DNA of 62,933 bases, counting the filler, from Globobulimina sp. (Eukaryota): assembly GCA_003354225.1 (NCBI GenBank). It is 28 parts of 28 records of this genome, joined end to end, with 100 filler letters (N's around TTAATTAATTAA, not from the genome) between each part and the next. Parts side by side here need not be neighbours in the genome. Positions count along the whole stretch, not along the records: positions 1 to 2,153 come from PIVH01008594.1; positions 2,254 to 4,406 come from PIVH01008595.1; positions 4,507 to 6,659 come from PIVH01008596.1; positions 6,760 to 8,911 come from PIVH01008597.1; positions 9,012 to 11,163 come from PIVH01008598.1; positions 11,264 to 13,415 come from PIVH01008599.1; 22 more parts are not named here. One strand, 5' to 3'. Positions 1 through 11,452 of the stretch are shown in pieces. The translations under genes and the position numbers were made by a program. Positions within the stretch are counted from its first letter, which is position 1, and the number at the start of each line of letters is the position of its first letter. A model generated the notes under the pieces. The model made no database searches, was not told the DNA's origin, and saw nothing but the letters and a program-made list of their open reading frames with translations.

Positions 1-394
1 TTTATCCGAAAAAATCGCACTTGCTTCAGAATTGCTTGATTTTTTATAGATTTTTTTTGCTAATTTTTGTGCTTTATTTCCGTGTCGAACATGTAATTTT
101 TTTCCATTTAAACGCATTTCGAAAACAGATGTACTGCCTGATCGTACGCGTTCCAATAATAAAAACCTTTCACGTGCACTCGATGCCATTATATGAGTAA
201 AGAATGTTGTAATATCGGTGTTTAGACTGAAGGTTTTTACTCAATTCAAAACTTGCGTTTTTTTAATTTAATAGCTTTACTTAATTAAATAACTCTTTGA
301 GTTTCCTTTCGTGGAGACTTTTTTTTATTCATTTATTTAAAATAACAATCAACATCACAAGAGATTGCCTTATTTGCATACTAGTAAATATTAA

Positions 395-2153
395 ATGCAA
401 CACAATCACGTCAGCCACCATCGCCACGGCCACAAACCATCATCATCCTCAGTCACCAAACCAACGGAGCGAGAGCCACATCCAACATTAAATGAATTAG
501 AAGCAATCGTCAATTTGCCGCGTAACCAATGGCTCCCCAAATTGCGAAACCTGAAATGGAAAGGCAATGAACGAATAAATATTGAAAAATGGAAGAATAT
601 CTTAGAAAAATTAAAAGAACCGATAAATTCAATAGATACAAACTACAACCACTCCTCATCCGAAATATCATTAATTTACGCAATCTTAAATATTTATGTC
701 ACGTTAATCACGCATTCATCGCGTCACACAATGCACAATTTTGACATTTTATCCATAGATTCATTGCAGAAAATGATAGATTTGGATGACATCAACATAT
801 TGATCATAGTCTTGGATGTATGGAATGTCTTTTGGCATCGCTCCGGCGGTACCATGCAATTCGAACACCAGGACCTCAAGAAAAAGATTGTCGGCCTCTG
901 TCATAATATATTACAAAATGAGTTCACATTACCAATCCCTGAGAACTTGCAACATCTCTCCAAAATGTCCTCATTATCCGCGCCCATCCACAAAAGCTAC
1001 CGCTCGCAATGGACGCAGTTTGCGCAAACTATCAGAATACCAAAGGAGTACTGCTCCCAAACACACACACAAATCATCAGACAATTGAAGTTTAACAATA
1101 ACAACATATTCAATGACGACAATGAGCTAAGAAAAGCCATCAACACTGAATTGGCCTCATTAAAACAGCAAATCTCTTTGTCCTCAGAGTTGAGTTTGAA
1201 TCTATACATTCATCAAAACATTTATTTATTCTATTTATAATATTTCAGAAAGGAATTCGTTCTGAAATGGCGGATGTATTTTGCCGCCCAATGCAACAAT
1301 CTCTCAGCCCGACAGAATTTCATTCGGCTACGAATCAAAGCATTGCTGGTTCTGTCCACATTTGCCCAGCAATACTCATCTGTTTAGTGCTTCATTTCTT
1401 ACATTATGTATCCTTGCACTCCACTCACATATCAACACAACACAAAATAACCTGACACACTGACATCAAACAAACGCATTTCCGCAAACACATATAATGA
1501 CAGATCTTACGAGACTTCCTATCTGATATCGACTTTGCTGAATTGAGCCTAGAATTAACCGAATTGGTGGAACTGACCACCGTCCCGCTCCATTACACTA
1601 CGCCTAATTCGCCATCGCCGCCAAACCACCACCATCATACCCACAGACATCCATCCTCTCCGAGCTCCACCTCTCTCTCTCCCAGATCGCCCATACCATT
1701 CTCGCCCAAATCGGGCAACAACAACAACACCATTCCAAATGATATACGTATCTCTGGACTGTTATGCCTCAAAAACTTTGTATTTGTTACGTAATTTATA
1801 TACATATACACATAAATATATACAATAACAATAACACAAAATAACAGCAAGTGCCCATTCCTTTTGAACAATTGCGAAGTATATGGGATGAAAACAGTTT
1901 TGTCCCCGCCACATTGCGCTCCATTATAAACGATTTGGATCACGAACCAGAGTCACTATCCACTCTCAAGTTTGCCACTCAATTTTTAAATTTCTTGCAT
2001 TCCACCATCACCCGGACACTACCCCAAATGGTTGGCATTCACCAATTCCTCGATTGGAACAGTATGGTGCAACAAGTCCTGACCTTGATCAGTAACCGCA
2101 ATATCAGAGATTGCGCCGTATTGAAAGAATGCGCCACTTTGTTGTACGTAATC
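395..2153 (+). CDS. HUWE1/Tom1-like HECT E3 ligase N-terminal region (DUF908-like), 4 exons, 3'-partial
   Basis: Exons 395-1188, 1249-1381, 1504-1779 and 1848-2153 splice in frame via GT-AG introns. 'LRNLKWKGNERINIEKWKNILEKL' and 'ARQNFIRLRIKALLVL' resemble the HUWE1/Tom1 N-terminus. Confidence 0.55.
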
Positions 2154-2253
2154 NNNNNNNNNNNNNNNNNNNNNNNNNNNNNNNNNNNNNNNNNNNNTTA
2201 ATTAATTAANNNNNNNNNNNNNNNNNNNNNNNNNNNNNNNNNNNNNNNNNNNN
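2154..2253. other. Artificial contig spacer (first of 27): N44-TTAATTAATTAA-N44
   Basis: An identical 100-nt spacer recurs every ~2250 nt (4407, 6660, 8912 ... 60684). The linker has stops in all six frames, and contig lengths fall monotonically from 2153 to 2150. Confidence 0.99.
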
Positions 2254-2856
2254 TTTAATATTTATTTTTTGTATCGATGATGAAAAATTATTTAATTTTG
2301 TATAAATTTCACTTTGAAATAATTTTATTTCATTTTTGTTTAAATTATAATTTTTTTCTATATTTGATAAAGATTTTATTTTTTGTACGTCATTATTTAT
2401 TTCTTTAATAATTTCGATTACACCCTTACAGCCTTTATGATATTTAGTATTTGTTGACCACGGGACAGCCTTACAACATTTATATCTTTGTTGACAACCT
2501 TTTGATGTTTCTTTCGTAGAACGACAACATGAATAATATGATTTGCATGGAGTACTGCCATATTTCTGATTACAACATTTATATCGACATCCATTTGGAT
2601 CATACTCTAATTTTAAACAACATGTCATTAGTAGATCACAATCGTCGGGCGGATAGATCCCATATATTGTACCAAATAAACGCCGTGCATCCACTCTTTC
2701 CCACTCTTTGTGTTTATATATTCTGTTTGTACCGTTGGTTTGACGAAACCATTCCTCTTTGCCATCATGCCTCTTTTCTGGATGATTTTGTCTGTATTTA
2801 CCTGAATGATAATATTCTGTATCCAGGGGATGTAAAAACAAAGCCTTGGTTTCCAT
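2254..2856 (-). CDS. Cys-rich protein with tandem CC-x(n)-GC (Btk-motif-like) repeats then coiled coil, 3'-partial
   Basis: CCLKLEYDPNGC, CCNQKYGSTPC, CCRSTKETSKGC, CCKAVPWSTNTKYHKGC. Confidence 0.5.
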
Positions 2857-3586
2857 TGGCTCAATTGTTCGTAAAATGTTAAAAGTAGATAGAATTTCAG
2901 TCCTTTCAAGTAAAGTTAAACGAACAAATAAGCGTTTTCCTTTATGTACCAGAAGAAATTATTAAAGCCACATCAATTCAATAGCAATATAATGAAATGA
3001 AACAATATGAACCAACATTGTTCACAACATCAAATCATTATCATCCATACACCAAATATCGAATACAACCAATATACACGAACCAACCGACAAATACACA
3101 ACAGTCAAAATCCATATATTTGCAGCATAATATTGATGATAATAAATACGTTCATTTCATCACCAAATGGTATTGATAGAACACATAATAAAACACATGT
3201 AACTATGGATTGCACGGTTATTTTGCTCAAATCTTTCTTATTGAAATTTTTCTTCATACCAAATATTTCCGCGCCATCTATCACTGCATTGAATCAATAC
3301 AAACAGTTGAAAAATATGTGAAAATTATCCATGCTGCAGGTCAGCGTTATGGATTCGACTTGAATTAAATGTGTGCCACCAATGAAAATCCGTACGGTAT
3401 AGATATAAGCTACTGTAGTGTAGGCATGAAAAGTGCTTTTTATGAAAAAATAATTAAAATGTATTTTTTAATGTGAAAAAATGATTTCAAGTCCGTGAAA
3501 ATACTTAAAAATTATTTAAATACATGAGGCAAAAAAGAAACTACACACATCAATGAGTACAAAATGCTACAAATTTATTTATTTAA

Positions 3587-4406
3587 TTACCATGCAATCC
3601 AACTCCGATTTTGCACATCAGCAAGAACCATATTTAATGCTTTTTGATATTCAGCTGCTACAAATTGTGTATCCGCACGAATTAGTTTGTTAATATCATC
3701 ATTTTTGTCCGTTTTCTCACTTTTTTCAATTTTGTCAGCAATTTGAGACATTTTCGATAATTTTTTGTGTCTGGTAACAAATAATCGCAATAATCGCCAT
3801 CTTCCAACAGCTGACTTTCTATCAATATCATTATGTATTAATGCTCGTATCTCAAATATATATTGTTTCATTTCATGATCATTGTCGTTAATATTAATGT
3901 CAAAAACACTATTTTGACGCATACCATTTGTACAGATACTATTTTGACGCATACTATTTTGACGTGTGACACTTCTAAAAATTTGTTTATTTTCTTCTTT
4001 CATCCAATTATTTATTCGATAATGAAAGTTTTCTGTATTTGATTTATTTTTGCAATTTTTTTTCAATGGAATTGTAACTTTCATTTTCGTATATCTTTGA
4101 CATCTCTGCGCAGCTAATTTTATTAATATACGTGACACATTTTTATGATGAGAGACAATGGAAGAAAATATTGCCGTTGATATTGTATAATATGAAGTAT
4201 CTTTGCTACATCGCAAGGTCCATGGCCATACTTCTTGGGTTAGAAATATCGGACATTCACCAATTGATGACCCAGAATGAAATGACATTAATTCAATATC
4301 ATTATCAAATGCTGGAATAGACACAACTTGGCCCGATTTGATCATTGCCCAAAATTTACATTCTTCACCGACGGAGGCAATGAATTCACCATCAAATGCT
4401 GTGGCT
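3587..4406 (-). CDS. Cyclic-nucleotide-binding-domain protein, 5'-partial
   Basis: 'IKSGQV...FHSGSSIGECPIFL...WTLRCSKDTSYYTIS' fits the CNBD beta-roll. Confidence 0.55.
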
Positions 4407-4627
4407 NNNNNNNNNNNNNNNNNNNNNNNNNNNNNNNNNNNNNNNNNNNNTTAATTAATTAANNNNNNNNNNNNNNNNNNNNNNNNNNNNNNNNNNNNNN
4501 NNNNNNAGATTTCTTAAGGTACTGAAAGTTGAAACAGACAGGGTTCTTAAGGGACTGTAAGTTGAAATGGACATGGTTGTTAGCGGACTGCAGGTTGAAA
4601 CGGACAGGGTTAGTTAGGGACTGCAAG

Positions 4628-4986
4628 TAGAGATGGGCCTTGGACACCTTTTTGTTGGCCCAGTCCAAAGTTTGCAGATGTTGAGCCGGCCTGGGCCCGA
4701 TCGACATCCACTTTGGACAGCCCAGCAATTTCAAAAATTGGGCCCGACCCGTTAAGTTAAAAAGCCCAAACAATGGATTTTTGGTCACATAAAGGCGGAA
4801 AAACACCAATCTTCCTATTGTTTATGCTATTAGAGATAATTCGCATGTTTTTAACAAAATATACGCACTTTTTGTTACTTTTTGGCAAAAAAACATGATA
4901 AAACTTCCCGCCCGGTCAGGCCCCAATAGATTTTCACTTTGGACAGCCCAGCCCGTCTCAGGGCCCCAACCCGATGCCCATCTCTA
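4628..4986. mobile_element. Non-autonomous hAT-like element (MITE), 359 bp
   Basis: Perfect 11-bp TIR TAGAGATGGGC (4628-4638) / GCCCATCTCTA (4976-4986) with GC-rich GGCCC/GCCC subterminal motifs. It interrupts a satellite unit after ACTGCAAG. Confidence 0.8.
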
Positions 4987-6261
4987 ACTCACAACTGCAA
5001 GTCGAAAAGAAAGGATTCTTAAGGGACTGCAATTTGAAACAGACAGGTTTCTTAAGGGTCTGCAAGGTGAAACAGACAGGGTTCTTAACAGACTTATAGC
5101 TGAAACGGACAAGGTTCTTTCAGGGACTACTGCAAGTTGAAATGGACAGGTTTCTTAAGATACAGCAAGTTGTAACGGTTAGGGTTCGTTAGGGACCGCA
5201 AGTTGAAACGGGCAGGTTTCTTAAGGGTATACAAGCTGAAACAGGCAGGGTTTATTATGAACTGCAAGTTGAAATGGACAGGTTTCTTTGCTTAAGGGAC
5301 TGCAAGTTGAAACAGACAGGGTTCCTAAGGTACTGCGAGTTGAAATGGACAGATGGATGAACCCTGTCTGTTTCAACTTGCAGTCCCTTAAGACCCTGTC
5401 CATTTTAACTTGCAGTCCCTTAAGAACCCTGTCTGTTTCAACTTGCAGTCCTATAAGAACCCTGCCCATTCCAACTTGCGGTCCCTTAAGAAACCTGTCT
5501 GTTTCAACTTACCGTCCCTTATAACTCTGTCAGTTTCAACTTGCAGTCCTTTAAGAAACCTGTCCATTTCAACTTGCAGTCCCTAACGAACCGTGTCCGT
5601 TTCTACTTGCAGCCTCTTAAGAAGGGACTGCAAGTTGAAATAGACAGGTTTCTTAAGGGACTGAAAGTTAAAAAGGACAGATTTCTTAAGGTACTGAAAG
5701 TTGAAACAGACAGGGTTCTTAAGGGACTGCAAGTTGAAATGGACATGGTTCTTAGCGGACTGCAGGTTGAAACGTACAGGGTTAGTTAGGGACTGCAAGT
5801 TGAAATGGACAGTTTTCTTAAGAGACTGCAAGTAGAAACAGACAGGGTTCTTAAGGGACCTCAAGTTGGAATGGACTGGGTTCTTAAAGGAATGCAAGTT
5901 GAAACGGACAGGGTTCGTTAGGGACCTCAAGTTGAAATGGACAGTTTTCTTAAGAGACTGCAAGTTGAAACAGGCAGGGTTCTTAAGGGACCTCAAGTTG
6001 GAATGGACTGGGTTCTTAAAGGATTGCAAGTTGAAATGGACATGTTTCTTAAGAGACTGCAAGCAGAAACGGGCAGGGTTTATTAGGAACTGCAAGTTGA
6101 AATGGACAGGTTTCTTTTCTTAAGGGACTGCAAGTTGAAACAAACAGGGTTCTTAAGGTACTGTAAGTTGAAATGGACAGATGGATGAACCCTGTCTGTT
6201 TAAACTTGCAGGTCCAAACGAACCCTGCCCATTTCAACTTGCAGTCCCTTAAGAAATCTGC

Positions 6262-6374
6262 ATATGGTCGGGCGGCCCGGCCCGTCTGGCCTGAAAAGTG
6301 CAGCCCAGCCAGGCCCGCCATAAAATAGCCCACGGGCGGCCCGGCCCAGCCAGGCTGGCCCGATCTCATCTCTA
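6262..6374 (-). mobile_element. Truncated hAT-like element end
   Basis: Ends TCTCATCTCTA (rc TAGAGATGAGA) abutting CTTGCAGT, with GGCCCG subterminal repeats. The other end was not found. Confidence 0.6.
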
Positions 6375-6759
6375 CTTGCAGTCCCATAAGAAACATGGTC
6401 ATTTCAACTTGCAGTCCCTTAAGAACCGGTATGTTTCAACTTGTCGTCCTATAAGAAACCTGCACATTCCAACTTGCAGGCCCGAACGAACCCTGCCCAT
6501 TTCAACCTGCAGTCTCTTAAGAAATCTGCTTGTTTCAACCTGCAGTCCCTTAAGAAACCTGTCTGTTTCAGCTTGCAGTCCCTTATAACCCTTTCTGTTT
6601 CAACTTGCAGTCCCTTAAGAAACCTGTCCATTTCAACTTGCAGTCCCTAATGAACCGTGNNNNNNNNNNNNNNNNNNNNNNNNNNNNNNNNNNNNNNNNN
6701 NNNTTAATTAATTAANNNNNNNNNNNNNNNNNNNNNNNNNNNNNNNNNNNNNNNNNNNN

Positions 6760-7911
6760 CTCTGTCAACGAATATGAGATTTGTTTGTAATGTTTATTGT
6801 TTCCGATTTGTTGAACTGTTTGGTTTGGAAGAATTGGATTTAATTCCTTGCGTTTTCTAAAATTATTGTACTGCGCTGAAATACAAATACGTTCATTTAA
6901 GAAGGAAGGCATTAAATCATTTTCTGTCAACGAATATGTGATTTGTTTGTAATGTGAATTCTTTCCAATCTCTCTCGGACCCAATTTCTTGAGTTTCTGT
7001 CTTTGAATGTGTAGTTTCTCAATGTCAGATTCTCGATAATTACAATCTGTTTTAGCACTCTTAGGCAGCAATGGAGTGCAGACATTGTTATCTGTGGCTG
7101 ACAAAGTTTGTATTTCCTCATAAATATGTTTGCGGAATAATGAATCAGTATAATTTATAAAGTCATTGCGGAGGCTTTTCCTGCTATATTTTATCAATTT
7201 TAATCCATTGATTTGTTTCCTTTCTAATTGCTGGCCAAATGAGTGATATTTGCAATGGTTAATTCTGGAGAAATATGCAAATACATTTTGTACACTCCAT
7301 TGCTTCACATGTTTGCTCATCAAATAAATGTATTTGCCTTTTTGATGTTGGATGTTATGTCGAAGAATAAATATAAATACAGTTTGAAGTGTATTGTCCA
7401 TCAAACAATCAATCAAATCCATATCGACTGCAATCAACGAAGCCAAATACAATGAACTTTCTGCAGTTGCAAACTCATAAAAATCTAAGATATGTTGAAA
7501 GGAATAATTTGCAATATCATGGAATGGTGCTTTGTTTCTACGGATTTTAATATAAATCCGATTGTTTGGTATGTCGTCATTCATATTCTTTTTTTTTGAT
7601 TTTGGAGCATGTGAATGTTGAATGAACCACTTTTGTGTCTTCTTTTTGTGTAATTCTCTCCATTGCTTTTTTAATTTTCCAATGCTTAATAAAATTTCAC
7701 TGCGAGTCTTTGCATCGAAGATTTTAACGTCATTTTGCAGGGAAACTCGATCGAGTGCAAACAATTTGGATCCATCAATATTGGCTCTCTTAAATTTCTT
7801 TCTTTTGGGGGCGAAATGTGTAGTTTTAATCCATTTAACCACTTCATCACAAGTCCATTCATACGGGGATTTGTTTAATTGCTTTGAGTGATTGGTTAAA
7901 CAATTAGCCAT
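6760..7911 (-). CDS. Multi-SAM-domain protein, 3'-partial
   Basis: SAM motifs 'EWTCDEVVKWI..NIDGSKLFAL' and 'QWSVQNVFAYF..QINGLKLI'; C-terminal repeat IGxNxHYKQIxYSLTE occurs twice. Confidence 0.75.
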
Positions 7912-9436
7912 CGTTCAGCAGGAATTAAGCGTGACGGAAAAATAATGTTGTAAACAGTAACCATGGCATGCTGCGTCTGACTTTGGTTCACACACTAACT
8001 ACGCTTCGAAACTTGTGCTATTCATAAACTGTGTATATGATTTCAAACAATATATATATGCAGATACTGATCTGAACATAAACAGAAAAACAGATTACCG
8101 GACACGGATTGTCAACGTTCCAAATATGTGGACAGATACCTGAACATAAACAAGTACTCTGTTTACTACTTTGTCGTAATCCGATTATCCGAAAGTGTAT
8201 TTGTGATATAAATTGAAATTAAGACATAGGTTTCGAAAAATAATGTAATGGAATAGAACTCAAAAATTAATCTCAAATCAAATAAATCAAAAGGTGATTG
8301 AATTAAAACTACACAACAATAAAACTGTCTTTTATCCAAATATTGTGAAATAATAATATAGATCGATTAATATCATGTCCCTCTGACAAGACACAAATAA
8401 AAAAAAACAAAAAAAACAATGAGGCTGAAAAAAAAACATTTAAAAAAGGACAGATAATTTTGTAATGATTAAATAGGGCAAATGAAAAAAGAAAAGTGTA
8501 TGATGATAAAAAACAAAGTGCGAACATGTAGTTGTTAAAAACAAAGAGATTAATGAAACAAAGTGTTATTAAATGCTCTGAATACATCTAATCAAAATAT
8601 ATCAATCCCTGAAACATTTTGGATTATATATATGAGAACATATATTTTAATAAAACGTATCCATTTTTACATTATTTAAATGATATTTCAATTATATTTT
8701 AATTCGTTGGATTGTGTTTAGAACATCTAACAATGAGCATCTTTCTCGTCTAAATATGTCAATGTCTTCATCGTTATTTACATGATTATTATGGTTATAA
8801 TTACATTTTAAATGTAAGTTTAAATGCGAATTTATAGTCAAATGATTATGAATATCCGTATCAAATACATCATTATTATCATACGATTGAGCTTGCGATG
8901 CTACATTGAGTNNNNNNNNNNNNNNNNNNNNNNNNNNNNNNNNNNNNNNNNNNNNTTAATTAATTAANNNNNNNNNNNNNNNNNNNNNNNNNNNNNNNNN
9001 NNNNNNNNNNNTGGATGTGATGGCTTATCTGTATTTTGTATGGAATTGTTTTTATTTCTGACTTTTATTGTTATTGGCTGAGCATTCGAGCGTTTGTGTT
9101 TTCTTTTTAAATTTCCATTGAAATTATATGTGTCTGCTCTATGGACCAAAACATGAGTTTTGTTTTGTTTGATATTTTGTTTCGTATTTTCACTATTTTG
9201 CAGAGTGACACTATTTCTGCGTTTGATAAACCTTTCTTTTTCTATTTTTTCACGATTTAATTCCTTTTTTGGGTTATCCAGACCACAAAATGGCCGCTCA
9301 ATGTTGATGAAATGTTGTGGTCGACTCGGTGCTGTGTTTGGTGCGCAATTGGTTAGGGATACAGATATTCCCATGATCCAAAAAAAATGTTTGCTGCAAA
9401 AACACGAAGTGAAGCGGTGGAAAGTATTAAAAATTA

Positions 9437-10246
9437 ATGTATTCTTTATATTTTGTGTGCATTATTGCAATATATAATCTATTAGTATTTATCATTGTAT
9501 TTCTGCAACATCCATTTGTATGCAACAACTTGAATCATTTGCCAGATAAGTCTGTATATGCTGGGCCAACGTATTCAAAACAAGGAGTTACAATGAATAA
9601 ACTCATATTGCTTGAAACATCGGACCTTTGTTTATCTTATCATTCGGTTTTGTTTCCAAACGAAGATCACATTATAAATGACTGGATATATTTTGATGTG
9701 CCAAACGAAATAATAATCATATATTATATAACCTTCGCCTTTAATACAAACAATCAAAATAATATCAATACGTTTATTTTATTCAACGAAACGTCATATT
9801 CTTACAAAGGAGCAAGTTTTGCCCCAATATATGGGACAGTTGATTTTGAAACAAATGAATCTTCATTTGACGCTATACAAAGATTATTAACAACGAAATT
9901 AAATGTATTGAATGAGGCAGTGGAGGCAAACATTTTTGAGAAGATAAACAATGACAAATTAACATATTTTAATGAATTCATTCTTGACGCAAATAGATGT
10001 CGTGGAGATCATAAGGTTTATTTGTTACAACAAAACATTACACTTGAAAATGTATCACAATTTAATGCGTTGCAAACACATCAAATGCTGGATGGATTGC
10101 TGTTTATTGAATGTAATCAATTATACAAATTGTTGTTAGATAATGATGTCCAAAATGATATAATTGTGGTAAAAAATAGCAATGCATTAGTGTGGGCGTG
10201 GTGGACAAAATGTGCACAAAACATCTCCCATGAATGGGAGTTTTAG
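9437..10246 (+). CDS. Degenerate Nudix-fold protein with N-terminal hydrophobic anchor
   Basis: 'SFAPIYGTVDFETNESSFDAIQRLLTTKLN' aligns to a Nudix box; 'DWIYFDVP' and 'DANRCRG' resemble ADP-ribose pyrophosphatase-like flanks. Confidence 0.55.
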   Translation: MYSLYFVCIIAIYNLLVFIIVFLQHPFVCNNLNHLPDKSVYAGPTYSKQGVTMNKLILLETSDLCLSYHSVLFPNEDHIINDWIYFDVPNEIIIIYYITFAFNTNNQNNINTFILFNETSYSYKGASFAPIYGTVDFETNESSFDAIQRLLTTKLNVLNEAVEANIFEKINNDKLTYFNEFILDANRCRGDHKVYLLQQNITLENVSQFNALQTHQMLDGLLFIECNQLYKLLLDNDVQNDIIVVKNSNALVWAWWTKCAQNISHEWEF

Positions 10247-10389
10247 TTGAAATAAAATAATACATAAAAACATGATCTGTGTTTATTTGCTTACCATCTA
10301 TACATGTCGGCTTTTACATGCTACAAAAAACATGTCATCAGCATCACACCACAACATGTCATATCAAAACATTTTCGGGTACCCCATAT

Positions 10390-10717
10390 CACTGCAGTCA
10401 CAACTATTGAGCTAATTTTCATTGTTGTGATCGGATGTCAACTTTTGGAGTTGATCGCTCACCTCAATAGTTGTGTCTGCGGTGATTGTGGTGAGCGATC
10501 AACTGCAAAAGTTGAAATCAGATCACCAAAATTAAAATTACCTCAATAGTTGTCACTGCAGTGGTTTGCCTATCAAAAAAAGCAATATTCAACTACACTG
10601 TGTTTACATAAAAAGCAGTGGCTAAACTGTAAATATACTGTTTGCTATTAGTACTATAATGTTTTGATATGCCTTTCATTGGTGATCGGATTTCAACTTT
10701 TGGAGTTGGTCGATCAC
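10390..10717. repeat. Interleaved inverted-repeat cluster (22-bp motif A, 37-bp motif B)
   Basis: A at 10390-10411, inverted at 10463-10484 and 10542-10563. B at 10427-10463, inverted at 10490-10526, direct at 10682-10717. Confidence 0.85.
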
Positions 10718-10751
10718 AAATAAATTAAGTCAAAACTTTATACAACAAACC

Positions 10752-11163
10752 ATGTCTTCAAAAAATGACTTTGACTCAATGGATGATTTAATCAATTTAA
10801 TCAACAACATATCTCCCCCAAAAGCCAACATACCTAAAACAAATGCAATCGCAACCCATACAAACAATATCATCTCCAATCCAATACACAACACACAGTC
10901 TGATCCCGATGACTATGACACTGACGACGATGATCAGGACGTCAGTTACCTCTTAGATATAATAAATGCCAACAAAACCGACATCACAAAACCACAAACA
11001 CCACCAAAACCAGCCACCAATGGCCTCATCCAACTACCAACACTCCACACAAACACAAACACCACAACTCACACAATAACAAATTCAGACTCAATATCAT
11101 CCATAAATAGTCCAGACGCCAACAATAGTTTCCAACCAAACTCATCCTTGGACGACTTAATAA
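10752..11163 (+). CDS. Low-complexity N/D/T/P-rich hypothetical protein, 3'-partial
   Basis: ATG-initiated ORF open to the contig end; no recognisable domain. Confidence 0.45.
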
Positions 11164-11452
11164 NNNNNNNNNNNNNNNNNNNNNNNNNNNNNNNNNNNNN
11201 NNNNNNNTTAATTAATTAANNNNNNNNNNNNNNNNNNNNNNNNNNNNNNNNNNNNNNNNNNNNTCAGGTTCTGAAACGAAGGGGATCGACGACATGATTT
11301 TGACAAAAACAGTCTTTTTAAAACAAAAGTATAGGGTGAGAGTCTTTGCAAAACATGGTGTCCCTGCTTATGTTTTGATACGGATTTTAGTGGTGATAGA
11401 AATGATTTATTAATTTTTGACTGTGTGTGAAGACTTAACTTAAATTCTAATC

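Larger units (their letters stand above)
4507..6659. repeat. 33-bp minisatellite (consensus CTTAAGGGACTGCAAGTTGAAACAGACAGGGTT) in blocks of alternating orientation
   Basis: Dozens of abutting degenerate units fill the contig; orientation flips near 5355, 5618 and 6185. Confidence 0.95.

Noticed and set aside
2198-2209. Regularly spaced TTAATTAATTAA motif as a biological repeat
   Set aside because: Artificial six-frame-stop linker inside N spacers.
2910-3335. Minus-strand hydrophobic frame with several TGA codons (possible TGA recoding or SLC6 remnant)
   Set aside because: Other genes use TGA as stop and TGG for Trp; more likely a decayed transporter fragment, too weak to call.
4459-6650. 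ORFs encoding 11-aa repeats (NPVCFNLQSLK)
   Set aside because: By-product of a 33-nt unit; frames break at indels and inversions, so they are not annotated as CDS.
4507-6659. CRISPR array (units contain GTTGAAAC, ~33 bp)
   Set aside because: Units abut with no unique spacers, are degenerate and invert; no cas genes; eukaryotic context.
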